Made by a program: the position numbers and the translations under genes
Shown: positions 1 through 9,800 of the stretch, piece after piece
How positions within the stretch are numbered: the stretch's first letter is position 1
Layout of the letters: each line of letters begins with the position of its first letter
From: a virus
Lineage: Duplodnaviria; Caudoviricetes
Length of the DNA stretch: 64,000 bases
IMG/VR virus record: IMGVR_UViG_3300042940_001591
Reading direction: 5' to 3' (one strand)
The notes under the pieces: model-generated
Seen by the model: the letters and a program-made list of their open reading frames with translations, nothing else
The model's database searches: none
What the model was told of the DNA's origin: nothing

Positions 1-236
1 GAGTTGTCCTTAATGAAATCTTTCATTAATTTCTTTTGGTATTGGTGGTCCAAAATACTATCAGATGCCTCTAAAGACTCCAAACGAGTTTCATTAACAT
101 TCGCTAATGTCTTTGTAATTACTTGTACGTTCTTGGAATTGTATTTCTCCTGAAAGTATGACTTTACTCTCCTGATTTTTTCAGGTGTAAAATTCTCAGG
201 TACATCTTGCCAAGTTACTTTTATAAATGGGTTCAT
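1..236 (-). CDS. 5' part of a CDS running off the left edge; probable SbcC/Rad50 (T4 gp46-like) recombination ATPase subunit
   Basis: ATG at 236-234 overlaps the upstream TAA (TAATG); open frame MNPFIKVTWQDVPENFTPEKIRRVKSYFQEKYNSKNVQ...KDN to base 1. Product inferred only from context (SbcD-like gene 1.6 kb upstream); no Walker A in the window. Confidence 0.45.
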   Translation of the reverse strand, partial: MNPFIKVTWQDVPENFTPEKIRRVKSYFQEKYNSKNVQVITKTLANVNETRLESLEASDSILDHQYQKKLMKDFIKDN

Positions 237-949
237 TAATTTAATTGTTTGTTTCTAGCAGCTAAAATATATTCATTTAATCGTTTGTGTTTTTCGTTTT
301 CATGATATTCATTATATTCTCTTGTGTATCGTTCATGTAGTTCTTCATATTTTTCTGTCCCAAAATTGTAAGAATAATCTGGTACAAATATATTATGTTT
401 ATTTTTAATGAACATATCGGGAACACCCACTTTAAAACATAACCAATGTTCTGGTCTACCTGCGGTAACTGTATCAGTTTCCCATAAACCTCTAATTAAT
501 TTATTTGTATCTCTAACAACTTCACTAAAATTATCTATATGCCAAAAATGCGAAAAATCTTTGTTAAATCTTGAAAAACTATTGAATTCATAATCAGGGT
601 CGTAGTGTATATATGGTTTTCCATTTCTATCAAAACACGGAAAAGACGGATGTCCATATTTTTCTTTTCTTTCTGCCGGCACATTGAATGTCGGGTACGG
701 TAATGTGAATTTATTAAAATTTTCACATGGTTGTTCTAAATAATGTCCACGATGTTTACCGGCCTCATCTTCATTACCTCCTCTTCTATTGGTGTGAATC
801 AAATCAATACCCATTTTATTTGGGTTATTTTTTAAAATATACCCATGTGTTTGGTATAATGCAGGAATCGCAACTAACCTAACTGGTTTATCTTCATATG
901 ATACGGATTCGTTGGTTCCTCTGTAGTTTCCTGTTAAATGTACTGCCAT
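236..949 (-). CDS. hypothetical protein, possible PD-(D/E)XK-like endonuclease
   Basis: 237-aa ORF coupled by TAATG overlaps at both ends; NPNKMGIDL...GGNEDE...PYPTFNVPAERKEKY pattern resembles restriction-endonuclease-fold phage proteins. Confidence 0.5.
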   Translation of the reverse strand: MAVHLTGNYRGTNESVSYEDKPVRLVAIPALYQTHGYILKNNPNKMGIDLIHTNRRGGNEDEAGKHRGHYLEQPCENFNKFTLPYPTFNVPAERKEKYGHPSFPCFDRNGKPYIHYDPDYEFNSFSRFNKDFSHFWHIDNFSEVVRDTNKLIRGLWETDTVTAGRPEHWLCFKVGVPDMFIKNKHNIFVPDYSYNFGTEKYEELHERYTREYNEYHENEKHKRLNEYILAARNKQLN

Positions 950-1260
950 TATTTGATTCTACTTTCTTCAAAAAATTCTATGATTCCGTTTATTGCCCAA
1001 ACTATCCCCGCGGTAAACATACCATCGAAGAAAAGATTGATAATCCAAAGGGTATCAAAATACTTTGTTGTTATACTACCCAAAACAAGTGACATAAAAA
1101 ATCCAACCCAAGTTGAAGTACACAATGTACAACTTATTAAGTCACCAAAAAACTTTGAGTGTGCTTTTATCCATATACGTTGGTTTTCAAAAATTGCTCC
1201 CCAAACAAGTATACTTGTCATTCCGTAGGCCATAAATGCCCATAATAATAATGTTCCCAT
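949..1260 (-). CDS. small membrane protein, DUF1360-like
   Basis: 103 aa with three hydrophobic segments and a CxxCxxxW motif (ISCTLCTSTWVGF). Confidence 0.7.
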   Translation of the reverse strand: MGTLLLWAFMAYGMTSILVWGAIFENQRIWIKAHSKFFGDLISCTLCTSTWVGFFMSLVLGSITTKYFDTLWIINLFFDGMFTAGIVWAINGIIEFFEESRIK

Positions 1261-1308
1261 GTTTTATATATTTTAGTTAATATAAGAAAATTTATTGTTA
1301 AAAACAAA

Positions 1309-1854
1309 CTATTCGTCATATAAACTATTCAAATCACTATTCTTCATAAAAGAACCCTTGTTGAATTTATTTAATGCGTTTGTTAATTTTTCTAATTCTT
1401 CTTTTAATTTTATGTTTTCTTCACTTAATCTATCAACCTCTTTTGTGTCTACAATTTTTAATGGTACCTCAACAATAACTTCTTTGATTATTTCAATAGG
1501 GACTTCTTTTATAACTTCATTAGTAATAATTTGTGTGTCCCCCTTTACTTCTATGGGTACTTCTTTAATAACCTCTACTATTTTTTCAATTGGTACTTCT
1601 CTAATAACCTCAACAATTTTCTCGACAGGAACTTCTTTTATTATTTCAACTATCTTTTCAACCATCACCTCCTTAATAACTTCAACTATTTTTTCTTTTT
1701 CTGTTGAATTTCCAAATGGTGTTTCCCCATACTTCAACAAGGAAAATCCTTTATTGAAGGTTTCATTTGCAATTTTATTAATGTCTTTTATATTATTTAA
1801 CTCACAATAAAGAAGAAATTCTTTATCCAAGGTTAACGTGTGCTTCTTCTCCAT
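1309..1854 (-). CDS. hypothetical protein with EVPVEKIV-type (alveolin/IMC-like) repeats and C-terminal coiled coil
   Basis: ATG at 1854 (ORF track starts at TTG 1860); about 12-aa periodic KEVPVEKIVEVI repeats, then LSEENIKLKEELEKL. Confidence 0.75.
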   Translation of the reverse strand: MEKKHTLTLDKEFLLYCELNNIKDINKIANETFNKGFSLLKYGETPFGNSTEKEKIVEVIKEVMVEKIVEIIKEVPVEKIVEVIREVPIEKIVEVIKEVPIEVKGDTQIITNEVIKEVPIEIIKEVIVEVPLKIVDTKEVDRLSEENIKLKEELEKLTNALNKFNKGSFMKNSDLNSLYDE

Positions 1855-2647
1855 TTTCAATGTCTTTTATGTCTGATATGGTGAAATGTAGGAATGGTTG
1901 TTCGTTTGGTAAATCGTGAAATGTGTACTCATCAGTAGTAACATCGTATATACCGTATCCGTGATGTTTAACCGTTTCACCAAAATTTTGTTGAATTAAA
2001 CTACCTACCATTATTGCTTTACCACCATTTGGTAATGTAAATTGTTGTCTCTTGTGGATATCTCCACATAATAATAAATCCAAATCAACAAAGTTTAATT
2101 GGTCATATGCATCTTCAAACTCATAACCTAAGTCAGTTGACAGCCCCATAATTGGTCCGTGAAATAATCCAACAGTTAATAACCCTTCTTGTTTTGTGAA
2201 ATCAGGTCTTGCGTTGTGTTGATATAATGAATAAACAACCCATTGAACGCTACCATCGGTATCAATATAATCACCACTATCTTTTAGGTATGTGATGTGT
2301 TGATTGTCTAATAATTGAACGACTGGTGTTATACTATCCATACGTTGTGTATTATTCTCCAAGAAATCGTGATTACCCGGTATGATTACAACCTTACCAA
2401 AACGAGTTAACTCTTTTAAAAACCAACTCGTTAATAATAATTGTTCATTTGAGATATTAATTTTTTGATGTGCGATATCACCCGCAACAACAATTCTAAT
2501 TTCGTTATGCGATATATTTTCATCTGCCCATTCTAAAAATTTTACACTTAATTCGCCCAACAGTTTTTCAAATTGATTCTTATATAAATCGTGCATTTGA
2601 ATTGTACGAATGTGTAAATCAGCAATGTGTATGATTTTCTTTACCAT
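1823..2647 (-). CDS. SbcD/Mre11-like (T4 gp47-like) metallophosphoesterase nuclease
   Basis: Calcineurin-like motifs HIADLH, VAGDI, PGNHD, GLFHGP, CGDIH in order; 274 aa. Confidence 0.9.
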   Translation of the reverse strand: MVKKIIHIADLHIRTIQMHDLYKNQFEKLLGELSVKFLEWADENISHNEIRIVVAGDIAHQKINISNEQLLLTSWFLKELTRFGKVVIIPGNHDFLENNTQRMDSITPVVQLLDNQHITYLKDSGDYIDTDGSVQWVVYSLYQHNARPDFTKQEGLLTVGLFHGPIMGLSTDLGYEFEDAYDQLNFVDLDLLLCGDIHKRQQFTLPNGGKAIMVGSLIQQNFGETVKHHGYGIYDVTTDEYTFHDLPNEQPFLHFTISDIKDIENGEEAHVNLG

Positions 2648-3501
2648 CTTTTAATATAATTTGATAAGTCCATTGTTAAAATTGCATTGTTAATTTGTGA
2701 CGGGACTTTATATTCCACAAATGTTGCATCATCTTTTAATAAAACCACCACATTACCTAACAATTTAGTATCGTTGTATTTTGTTTCTTTTAACATTTTA
2801 CGTAACAACCTACCATATAATGGAAGTTGTAAATAATAATGACCTAATGCATTATCATGATAATTGTTAAATGGTGGGTACAATTTACCAGTATAATGAT
2901 GTACTTCAAAGTTTTTTGGTTGATTTGTTTTCCAATCGGTAATAACAAACCCAAAATTATCTTTCTCTTTAGTTTCCATTAACCACACCTTATCAGGTTG
3001 TCCTGTGTATTGTTCTTCAGGATCACCTAATACGATTTCAGTATCTAATAATACTCCACCTCTTTCTAACATTAAATCAAGAAATTGTTTTCCCGCAATA
3101 ATCATATTATCACTCTTACGTTGTTGTTCTTCGTTGATTTCGAATATCGGTTGTCTAACTTCTTTGTAATTATCAAACCTACCAATCAAATCGGATTCCA
3201 ATTCAAAGTGAACTCTACTACCCATGTTGGTTGATAGGTCACCTGCTTGTTTCCATTCCGCGAGTAATTGTGCTTGACCTTCGGGGTCTCCTTTTGACAT
3301 ACGAAGTGCCATACCTTCAGCATCAAATGGTTTATGAAATTTCTTTATGATTTTAGAAACTGAAGGAAAATTCTTTTTAACAACACCGTCAACATCTTTC
3401 ATGTGATAGATATGTTGTTCTTCTATGAATGTTAATTCTAATTCTTGTCTTTTCTTTTCTAATAAGTCGTTAATCTCTAATGAGATGTCTTTTAAATTCA
3501 T
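2641..3501 (-). CDS. PD-(D/E)XK (RecB/Cas4-like) exonuclease
   Basis: GSRVHFELE, GQPDKVW, ITDWKT, YYLQLPLY motifs; 286 aa. Confidence 0.85.
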   Translation of the reverse strand: MNLKDISLEINDLLEKKRQELELTFIEEQHIYHMKDVDGVVKKNFPSVSKIIKKFHKPFDAEGMALRMSKGDPEGQAQLLAEWKQAGDLSTNMGSRVHFELESDLIGRFDNYKEVRQPIFEINEEQQRKSDNMIIAGKQFLDLMLERGGVLLDTEIVLGDPEEQYTGQPDKVWLMETKEKDNFGFVITDWKTNQPKNFEVHHYTGKLYPPFNNYHDNALGHYYLQLPLYGRLLRKMLKETKYNDTKLLGNVVVLLKDDATFVEYKVPSQINNAILTMDLSNYIKRW

Positions 3502-4445
3502 TAATCTAGTTGTTTTATTTTATAATTTTCTAATTTTCCTTGTAAGTCGGCAATATCTTTATCACCCTCTAATTTAATTGCAAAAACCCTACCCATTAAT
3601 TTACCACAATTTAATTTATGATATAATCTTTCGGCATCATTCCAAGCATCTGGATCAAGAACAATAATTATTTTACCTTTAACCTTTTCATATAGAGTGT
3701 GAAATAAATGCTCACTCATAAATTTTCCTAACAATGGAATTGCGTTAGGTATGAATATACTATCAAATGCACCCTCCACAATGTATATTGTTTCATTCCA
3801 ATCAACCAAGTACTCGTTGAATATGATGAGTTCCTTTTGTGCCTCAGGATTCTTATATTTCATCTTTGTTCTATTCAAATAAGAACGTGCAATAAAATAA
3901 TTAATTCTCCTTTCACAATCATACGATGGGATGATAATTCTATTTTCGTAGATACCTCTATAACAAAAACCAATGTTGTACATCTGTACCATTAAGTCAG
4001 TTATGTTTCTACTTTTTATATAGTTGTATGCTTGTTTATAATATGGTGTCATTTTAAGACCCTCACTCGCTTCTTTAAATGGTATGAAGTCTTGAGGTAG
4101 TTTTACTGTCTTATAAACACGTTTACTAAAATCTTCACCTTCGTCAGGTTTCAATAATAGATAATTTTTTAATTGTTTTGGATTACCGAATTTTTTAACC
4201 AATTTAAAAATTGATCCGTGAGTTTCGTGTGATTCGGCACACACCCAACATTTAAAAACATTGTATTTGTAGTTGACCTCTAAATTTCCTTTTCCGTCAC
4301 CGTGGTCCAATCCTTTTATGTCATATGAACACACTGGACAATCAAAAGACATCTGTCCTTTATAATCATTATGCATGTTAGAGTCACCCAAAATATCTTC
4401 GAGAATTTCAATAACAGGAGAATAGTCAACTTCTTGATTTACCAT
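3501..4445 (-). CDS. DNA primase (zinc finger + TOPRIM)
   Basis: CPVC...CWVC zinc finger, RIIIP, YIVEGAFD, LDPDA, DIAD. Likely start is ATG 4445 (MVNQEVDY); the GTG extension to 4499 crosses a terminator. Confidence 0.9.
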   Translation of the reverse strand: MVNQEVDYSPVIEILEDILGDSNMHNDYKGQMSFDCPVCSYDIKGLDHGDGKGNLEVNYKYNVFKCWVCAESHETHGSIFKLVKKFGNPKQLKNYLLLKPDEGEDFSKRVYKTVKLPQDFIPFKEASEGLKMTPYYKQAYNYIKSRNITDLMVQMYNIGFCYRGIYENRIIIPSYDCERRINYFIARSYLNRTKMKYKNPEAQKELIIFNEYLVDWNETIYIVEGAFDSIFIPNAIPLLGKFMSEHLFHTLYEKVKGKIIIVLDPDAWNDAERLYHKLNCGKLMGRVFAIKLEGDKDIADLQGKLENYKIKQLD

Positions 4446-4474
4446 ACTATAGAAATATATGTAAAAAAATTGAT

Positions 4475-4508
4475 AAAAAAAAATCCCCCGGAACACCACC
4501 TCCGAGGG
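4475..4508 (-). terminator. intrinsic terminator upstream of primase
   Basis: Minus strand CCCTCGGA-GGTGGTGT-TCCGGGGG (8-bp stem with one G.U) followed by A and nine T. Confidence 0.75.
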
Positions 4509-4549
4509 AAACCAACCAAAAGTGTATTTCTACACTTCCCGTCTTCTTT

Positions 4550-4582
4550 TATAAATATATGATAAACAAACCGTAAAGTAAA
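4550..4582 (-). promoter_or_regulatory. putative promoter TTTACT-N17-TATATT overlapping TATTTATA motif
   Basis: -35-like 4582-4577, -10-like 4559-4554, 17-nt spacing; TATTTATA at 4557-4550. Confidence 0.5.
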
Positions 4583-4585
4583 ATG

Positions 4586-5203
4586 TTAGTTGCCGGATTT
4601 TTCTAATCTATTCATGTTAACATAACCAATCACACAAGTTGCGGCATCAGCCATATCGTAATTTTCTTTTTTAAGATTACCTGTTTTACCATATAACCAA
4701 TTAACATCAGGACATACTGCATTTACATGTTCCCAAATTACATGTTTCTTATCTATGTCTCTTGGGTAACCACCAAATAAAACATTACGACCTTTGTCAT
4801 TTGCCCCAACTAAATCAGGGAATGCAAATTTTCTTGAATTATATGTCGAAATAAATGTTGGTAAAATTCCCAATACATCATAACATGACTTGAGAATCAA
4901 TGTGTTATATCTTAATAAGGTTCCAATTGTATACACATTATTCGATTGTAATAATGGTTCCTCAATTATGACACGGGTAATACCAACATCTTTATATCCT
5001 AATAAATGTTTTTTAAACGCTTCCGCCTTTAAGATTAATTCTTCAATCTTATCTTCAGGTTGAGGTTTAATTTTTGGGGAAAAATGTGTTAATTCTAATA
5101 ATTTAGACCCTGTCATATCGAACAGTGCCCACCCAATTGTCTTGGTCGAAATATCGAGTCCTAAGATTTTTGGCTTGTTTTTTAATTTTACATCTATACT
5201 CAT
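4586..5203 (-). CDS. RuvC-like Holliday junction resolvase
   Basis: ILGLDISTKTIGWALFD, IIEEPL, DMADA acidic triad pattern; 205 aa. Confidence 0.85.
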   Translation of the reverse strand: MSIDVKLKNKPKILGLDISTKTIGWALFDMTGSKLLELTHFSPKIKPQPEDKIEELILKAEAFKKHLLGYKDVGITRVIIEEPLLQSNNVYTIGTLLRYNTLILKSCYDVLGILPTFISTYNSRKFAFPDLVGANDKGRNVLFGGYPRDIDKKHVIWEHVNAVCPDVNWLYGKTGNLKKENYDMADAATCVIGYVNMNRLEKSGN

Positions 5204-5210
5204 ATAACAA

Positions 5211-5239
5211 TATATAATGAATATTTTTAGAAATGTAAA
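5211..5239 (-). promoter_or_regulatory. putative promoter TTTACA-N17-TATATA for the RuvC-like gene
   Basis: TTTACA 5239-5234, TATATA 5216-5211, ATG at 5203. Confidence 0.5.
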
Positions 5240-5242
5240 GCC

Positions 5243-6859
5243 TTAGAAATCAAGTTTTACATTAAACACTTGAATAGCGTCTCTTTTTGTGGGTGCACTA
5301 AACTTACCCGTAACCATCGTTTCTTTATTTGAATTTAATAAAGCAACTTCTGTAATATATTTATATCCAGATTTTTCAGTACCGTCTGGATTATATTTTG
5401 TTGGATTTTGAGATGTTTCGAATTTACCAGCGGGTAAATTAATAACGAAATTCATTACTTGAACATCCGTCCCAATTACAGTACTTACGGTCCCTTCCGT
5501 ATATGTTCTTTCTTTTCCAAAATTAGTTAAAGAAGATGTGTATTGTGTTGTTCCACTTAAAGTAATTTTACTTTGATTGATTGTAAATGTGTGTCCGTTT
5601 TGTAAATCTGTTATACTACTTAATTCTCCTGTGAAATTTATTGAGTTCCAATCATTTGGGAGTGGTTGCTCTCCGTTATCTGTAAATTGATACAGTATGT
5701 GAATTTGTGTTGCATTATAACCACTATTTAAATGTTTAAATCCCCCACTATTAAATTTAACAGTAACATTCTCATCATTAGTTGTACCCGTTACTTTCAT
5801 AAAATAACTACAAGGTAAATCTCCTGACACTGTACCTCCACTTAAAACATATGTTACCCATAACGTTTGACCTGTTGTTAAACCTGTAATTGGGTTATCA
5901 TTTGTAATATAACTACTAACTTTTGGTGCTGTTAGAGTATAATTTCTGGTAGAACCTGTATCTAAAACCGCAACAATTTCTTGATCATCAAATACTATAA
6001 TTTTTTGATTAAAGAAAATTTTACCGACACTATATTCATTAACGTCTAATAAATCAACATAATCAAGTTGGAAGTCTGAATTATATTCACTTGTTACTGA
6101 TTTTGTTTTTCCCGTACTCATATGAAATATTGTACCTGTGGAATTATCACTTAATCTATGATACATTAAATTTGGTATTGTAACTTCAAAAAAATCAACA
6201 TCTTTTTTATTACTAGGATTTTTAGTTGTATCATATATTGGAGTACCACTATAGTTACTAATATAGTCATCATATTTAAAAAACTTATACGGATCAACTG
6301 TAGTACCACTTTCTGAATAATGTAAAATTGCAATTGAATTTTGTTCTTCAGGTAATATTTCAACCTCTTCTAACATTGTGTTTCTTATTGTTGTACCTGT
6401 TATTGTTCCTCCCGAATAGTTAACAAAAGTTTGACCTGTTGAAGATGTGTATCCTAAATAACTTTTAACACCACTATAAACATTGCTTTGATAGTCTTTT
6501 AATGCTATTGTATCACTAACACCTAATGGTTTATTTTCCCAAACTGTGTTTAATGTCCATCCACTATTCGCTGTGATTATATTTCTACATTGTTGATTTT
6601 CATCATCTGGACTTTCAACGGGGATACCATAAATTGTGGAACCGGTTGCTGAATATAAAAATGGGTACTTAACATGTGTATTTTTATCAAGTGGTGCGAA
6701 TACTCGTTGACTTGTAAGACCGCTTAAATTATAATTATATTCAGAATCACCTATAGAAAAATAACTAATTAAGAAATCACCTTTGGCAATGGCATTTCTA
6801 CCTGCCTTAGTTAATCTTGCTGAAACTGTGGGTGTAAACCCTGTATTTAAGAAACTCAT
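5243..6859 (-). CDS. putative virion structural (tail/baseplate-associated) protein
   Basis: 538 aa; N-terminal ARLTKAGRNAIAKGDFLISYFSIGDSE and C-terminal YITEVALLNSNKETMVTGKF segments resemble tail-fiber attachment/collar folds; preceded by TATTTATA motif. Confidence 0.6.
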   Translation of the reverse strand: MSFLNTGFTPTVSARLTKAGRNAIAKGDFLISYFSIGDSEYNYNLSGLTSQRVFAPLDKNTHVKYPFLYSATGSTIYGIPVESPDDENQQCRNIITANSGWTLNTVWENKPLGVSDTIALKDYQSNVYSGVKSYLGYTSSTGQTFVNYSGGTITGTTIRNTMLEEVEILPEEQNSIAILHYSESGTTVDPYKFFKYDDYISNYSGTPIYDTTKNPSNKKDVDFFEVTIPNLMYHRLSDNSTGTIFHMSTGKTKSVTSEYNSDFQLDYVDLLDVNEYSVGKIFFNQKIIVFDDQEIVAVLDTGSTRNYTLTAPKVSSYITNDNPITGLTTGQTLWVTYVLSGGTVSGDLPCSYFMKVTGTTNDENVTVKFNSGGFKHLNSGYNATQIHILYQFTDNGEQPLPNDWNSINFTGELSSITDLQNGHTFTINQSKITLSGTTQYTSSLTNFGKERTYTEGTVSTVIGTDVQVMNFVINLPAGKFETSQNPTKYNPDGTEKSGYKYITEVALLNSNKETMVTGKFSAPTKRDAIQVFNVKLDF

Positions 6860-6863
6860 ATTT

Positions 6864-6871
6864 TATAAATA
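6864..6871 (-). promoter_or_regulatory. TATTTATA putative late-promoter motif
   Basis: Exact motif 4 nt upstream of ATG 6859; the same octamer precedes several other structural genes. Confidence 0.55.
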
Positions 6872-6895
6872 TTATTTGTAATTGTTTTATTTTTA

Positions 6896-9800
6896 TCAAC
6901 CTCCTGGAAGTGGGTCACCTCCTCCACCGCCGCCAACCACACATTCGGCGGTGTCTGTGTTTTGAATTGTTCCATCATTACTAAATATTCTTTGATGTGA
7001 CCCATTTTGGTCGTTAAAAAACCATTCGCCTTGCATAGCTAATCCCGCATCTTCCCATTCTGTTGGGGTGGTTCCATTTAAAAAATATTTATAAGTACCA
7101 TTTAGTACAAACGATTGGTACGGGCTAGTTAATGATTTGGCATTGGCACATGTTAAATAATAAAGATCGGACATTTGCCAACATGTTGAATTATTACCTG
7201 TTACAACTGCATTCGTCGTATTATATGTTGATGAACATGGATTATTATCAATTTTTAGTTGATATTGAATCCCTGTTGAGCAATATGGTGAACCCGAATC
7301 AATCCAATTAGCTGAGGTACTTGGTGCTGAGGTTAACATTGAATCTATTGATGTAAATGTTTGGGCTCCGCTTGTTCCGTTACTAAATTGATTTCCCGTA
7401 AAGTTTGAATTTGTATTTTCATATATATCGTATTGGTAAACAGTACCACTATTACATTCCCATCTTGCCCCACGAGATGTTAAATAAGTAGGTGCTGTTG
7501 ATACTGGTGTTTGTGTTGGTGTTGGTGTCATTGATAATGATGGTACAGGTGTGTCACATGGAGTCCAGTCTTGTATAATTCCACTACTATTAATTGATGC
7601 TACCATTGTAAAGTTACCTGAAGTTCCTTGTATTTTAATTGCATACCATTTACCCGCACCATTAGGTGTTGTACCATCGGTTGTTACATTACCAGTGTAT
7701 AATTGATATGTTATTCCTGATGTGATACTTGTTTCATTTACATAAAGGTTACCACTATTTAATTGGGTATATCCAAGATTTAAGGCTAGTTGTTGTTCGT
7801 TTACGCCACATACTTCCGACTTAATTGTTGTTAAATCAACCGTATCTCTTGTCCACGCAGTAACATATGCGGTTCTATTTTCAGGTGGTGGTGTTGGGTC
7901 AGTACAGCCTGTGTAGGTTGTTTTCTGAATATTTCCATTATACGTGTTTGGTACTTCTCTTTGTGTTGTATATGAACCTGTATATGTAAATTTAACACTA
8001 TCACTTGGTCTTACATATCGTTGTCCAATACCTAAATTAGGAATAATAGTTGTAAATGCATATTCCGTACCAGGTGAGCACTCAGACAATTCATAATATG
8101 TAATTAAAATTGTTGGTGTTGGAGTTGTAGTTGGCGTTGGCGTTTGGCTTTGTGTGGCCGCTGGCGTGGCTGCAGGTGTTGATGTTGGCGTTTGGGTTTG
8201 TGTAGCCGCAGGTGTTGCCGTTGGCGTTTGTGTTGGCGTTTGGCTTTGTGTAGCGGCTGGTGTTGCTGTTGCCGTTGGTGTTGCCGTTGGTGTTGCCGTT
8301 ATAGTGGCTGTTGGTGTTGCCGTTATAGTAGCTGTTGGTGTAACCGTTAGAGTAGGTGTAGGTGTTGGTGTTTTAGTTTGCGTTGGTGTCGGTGTTTGAG
8401 TTTTGGTTTGTGTTGGTGTAGGTGTGGGTGTTAACGGCATTATATCATCACATTGGTAATCTAAACCGTCTCTTGAATTGTCATTAGGTATTGCATATCT
8501 TGGTCTAGGATATGTGTGTTTTGATCTATTAAATAAATTATTTTCAGTTAAATTTCCTCCTGTCCATAAAGTCGTTGCTGGAATAAATTGTTCAATAATT
8601 TTCATCCAATTAGGACTCATTTTAGTTATGAACGCATTTAAATCAACATCAGTATAAGGAGTAAAATTTGTATTCTTTACATATTCATTATAAACCTGTT
8701 CTAATGTAAAGTATGATTTATTATATTTTGATTCACTTGTAGAAATAAAACCATTTAAAACTTCTTTAGTAAATTCTTCGAATGTTACACCTGACGTATA
8801 TTGTGGTGTAATTCCCCCGATTGAAATTTCTAAATTTCTTGATTGTCTATAAATGTCATATTCGATGCATTGCGCGGAAGATAAATAAACCCCAATATTC
8901 TTTCTATTAAGAATTAATTTAGAATCGTATTCGTCATCACTAACACTTATTTTTAAATTGTCTATTTTAGGTTCTAATTCAAAACCATATTCTAATCCAG
9001 GTAAAATTCTAAAATAATTAAAATAATCCTCACCGTATGTATAATCTTTAGGTTTAGTTTTTATAGTTTTAGTTCTTCCTGTTAATTGGAAAACTCCATT
9101 GATAGTTGTACCACTAGATGTACTTTCATCTAAAACATCTGAAGACCTATGACTTAATGTTAAATCATACCAACCTGAACCCTTTTGGAAAAATATATCA
9201 TCTTTTTCGTTTGTTATTTTTCTAGGTAATCCATCAGTATCGACTGGATATTCATCTCTTGTTAAATTAGTTGTTCCCGTTATTGTATTTTCAGTAAATC
9301 CTGTTCCATTATAACCCGTAATAACAAATTCGGTTTTTGTACCTTGTATTAAATTATAAACGTCATTTTGTACGTTATCATTTAATTTAGATTTTACTTT
9401 ATAAACGTATTCGTTTATTTTAATCATTGGTTCGGGTGCTCCTAAAAATCTTAAAAAGAATTCGATTGAGTTCCTTGTACCTTTTGATTTATAAATGTGT
9501 GAAAGATTAACTAATAATCTTCTATAAAATTCATGTTCAGATTCAATTAAGTTTTTACCAATTGACTGTCCACCATATACACTATCTTGTCTTGTGTATA
9601 AAGTATCTTCTATATTTTGTTCATTGAATAAATTATGTGAATCTAACCCTAAATTATCTGATAAGTTTTTTAATAGTAAATCTGGAACGTTATTAATACC
9701 ATCATATGTAACATTTCTCATGTTAGCGATGTTATCAATATATTTCTTTACCCTATCAAAACTTTGTCCATATAATTGAAATATTGTTTCTCCCTTTTTG

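Noticed and set aside
1295-1810. Plus-strand ORFs (for example 1295..1810, 8154..8399, 23054..23338, 25223..25825, 26175..26498, 54135..54542)
   Set aside because: Antisense shadows of minus-strand genes, mostly of low-complexity repeats; no independent coding signal.
4446-4499. Extended primase N-terminus from GTG 4499
   Set aside because: It runs through a terminator hairpin and poly-T, giving an F-rich nonsense peptide; ATG 4445 is more plausible.
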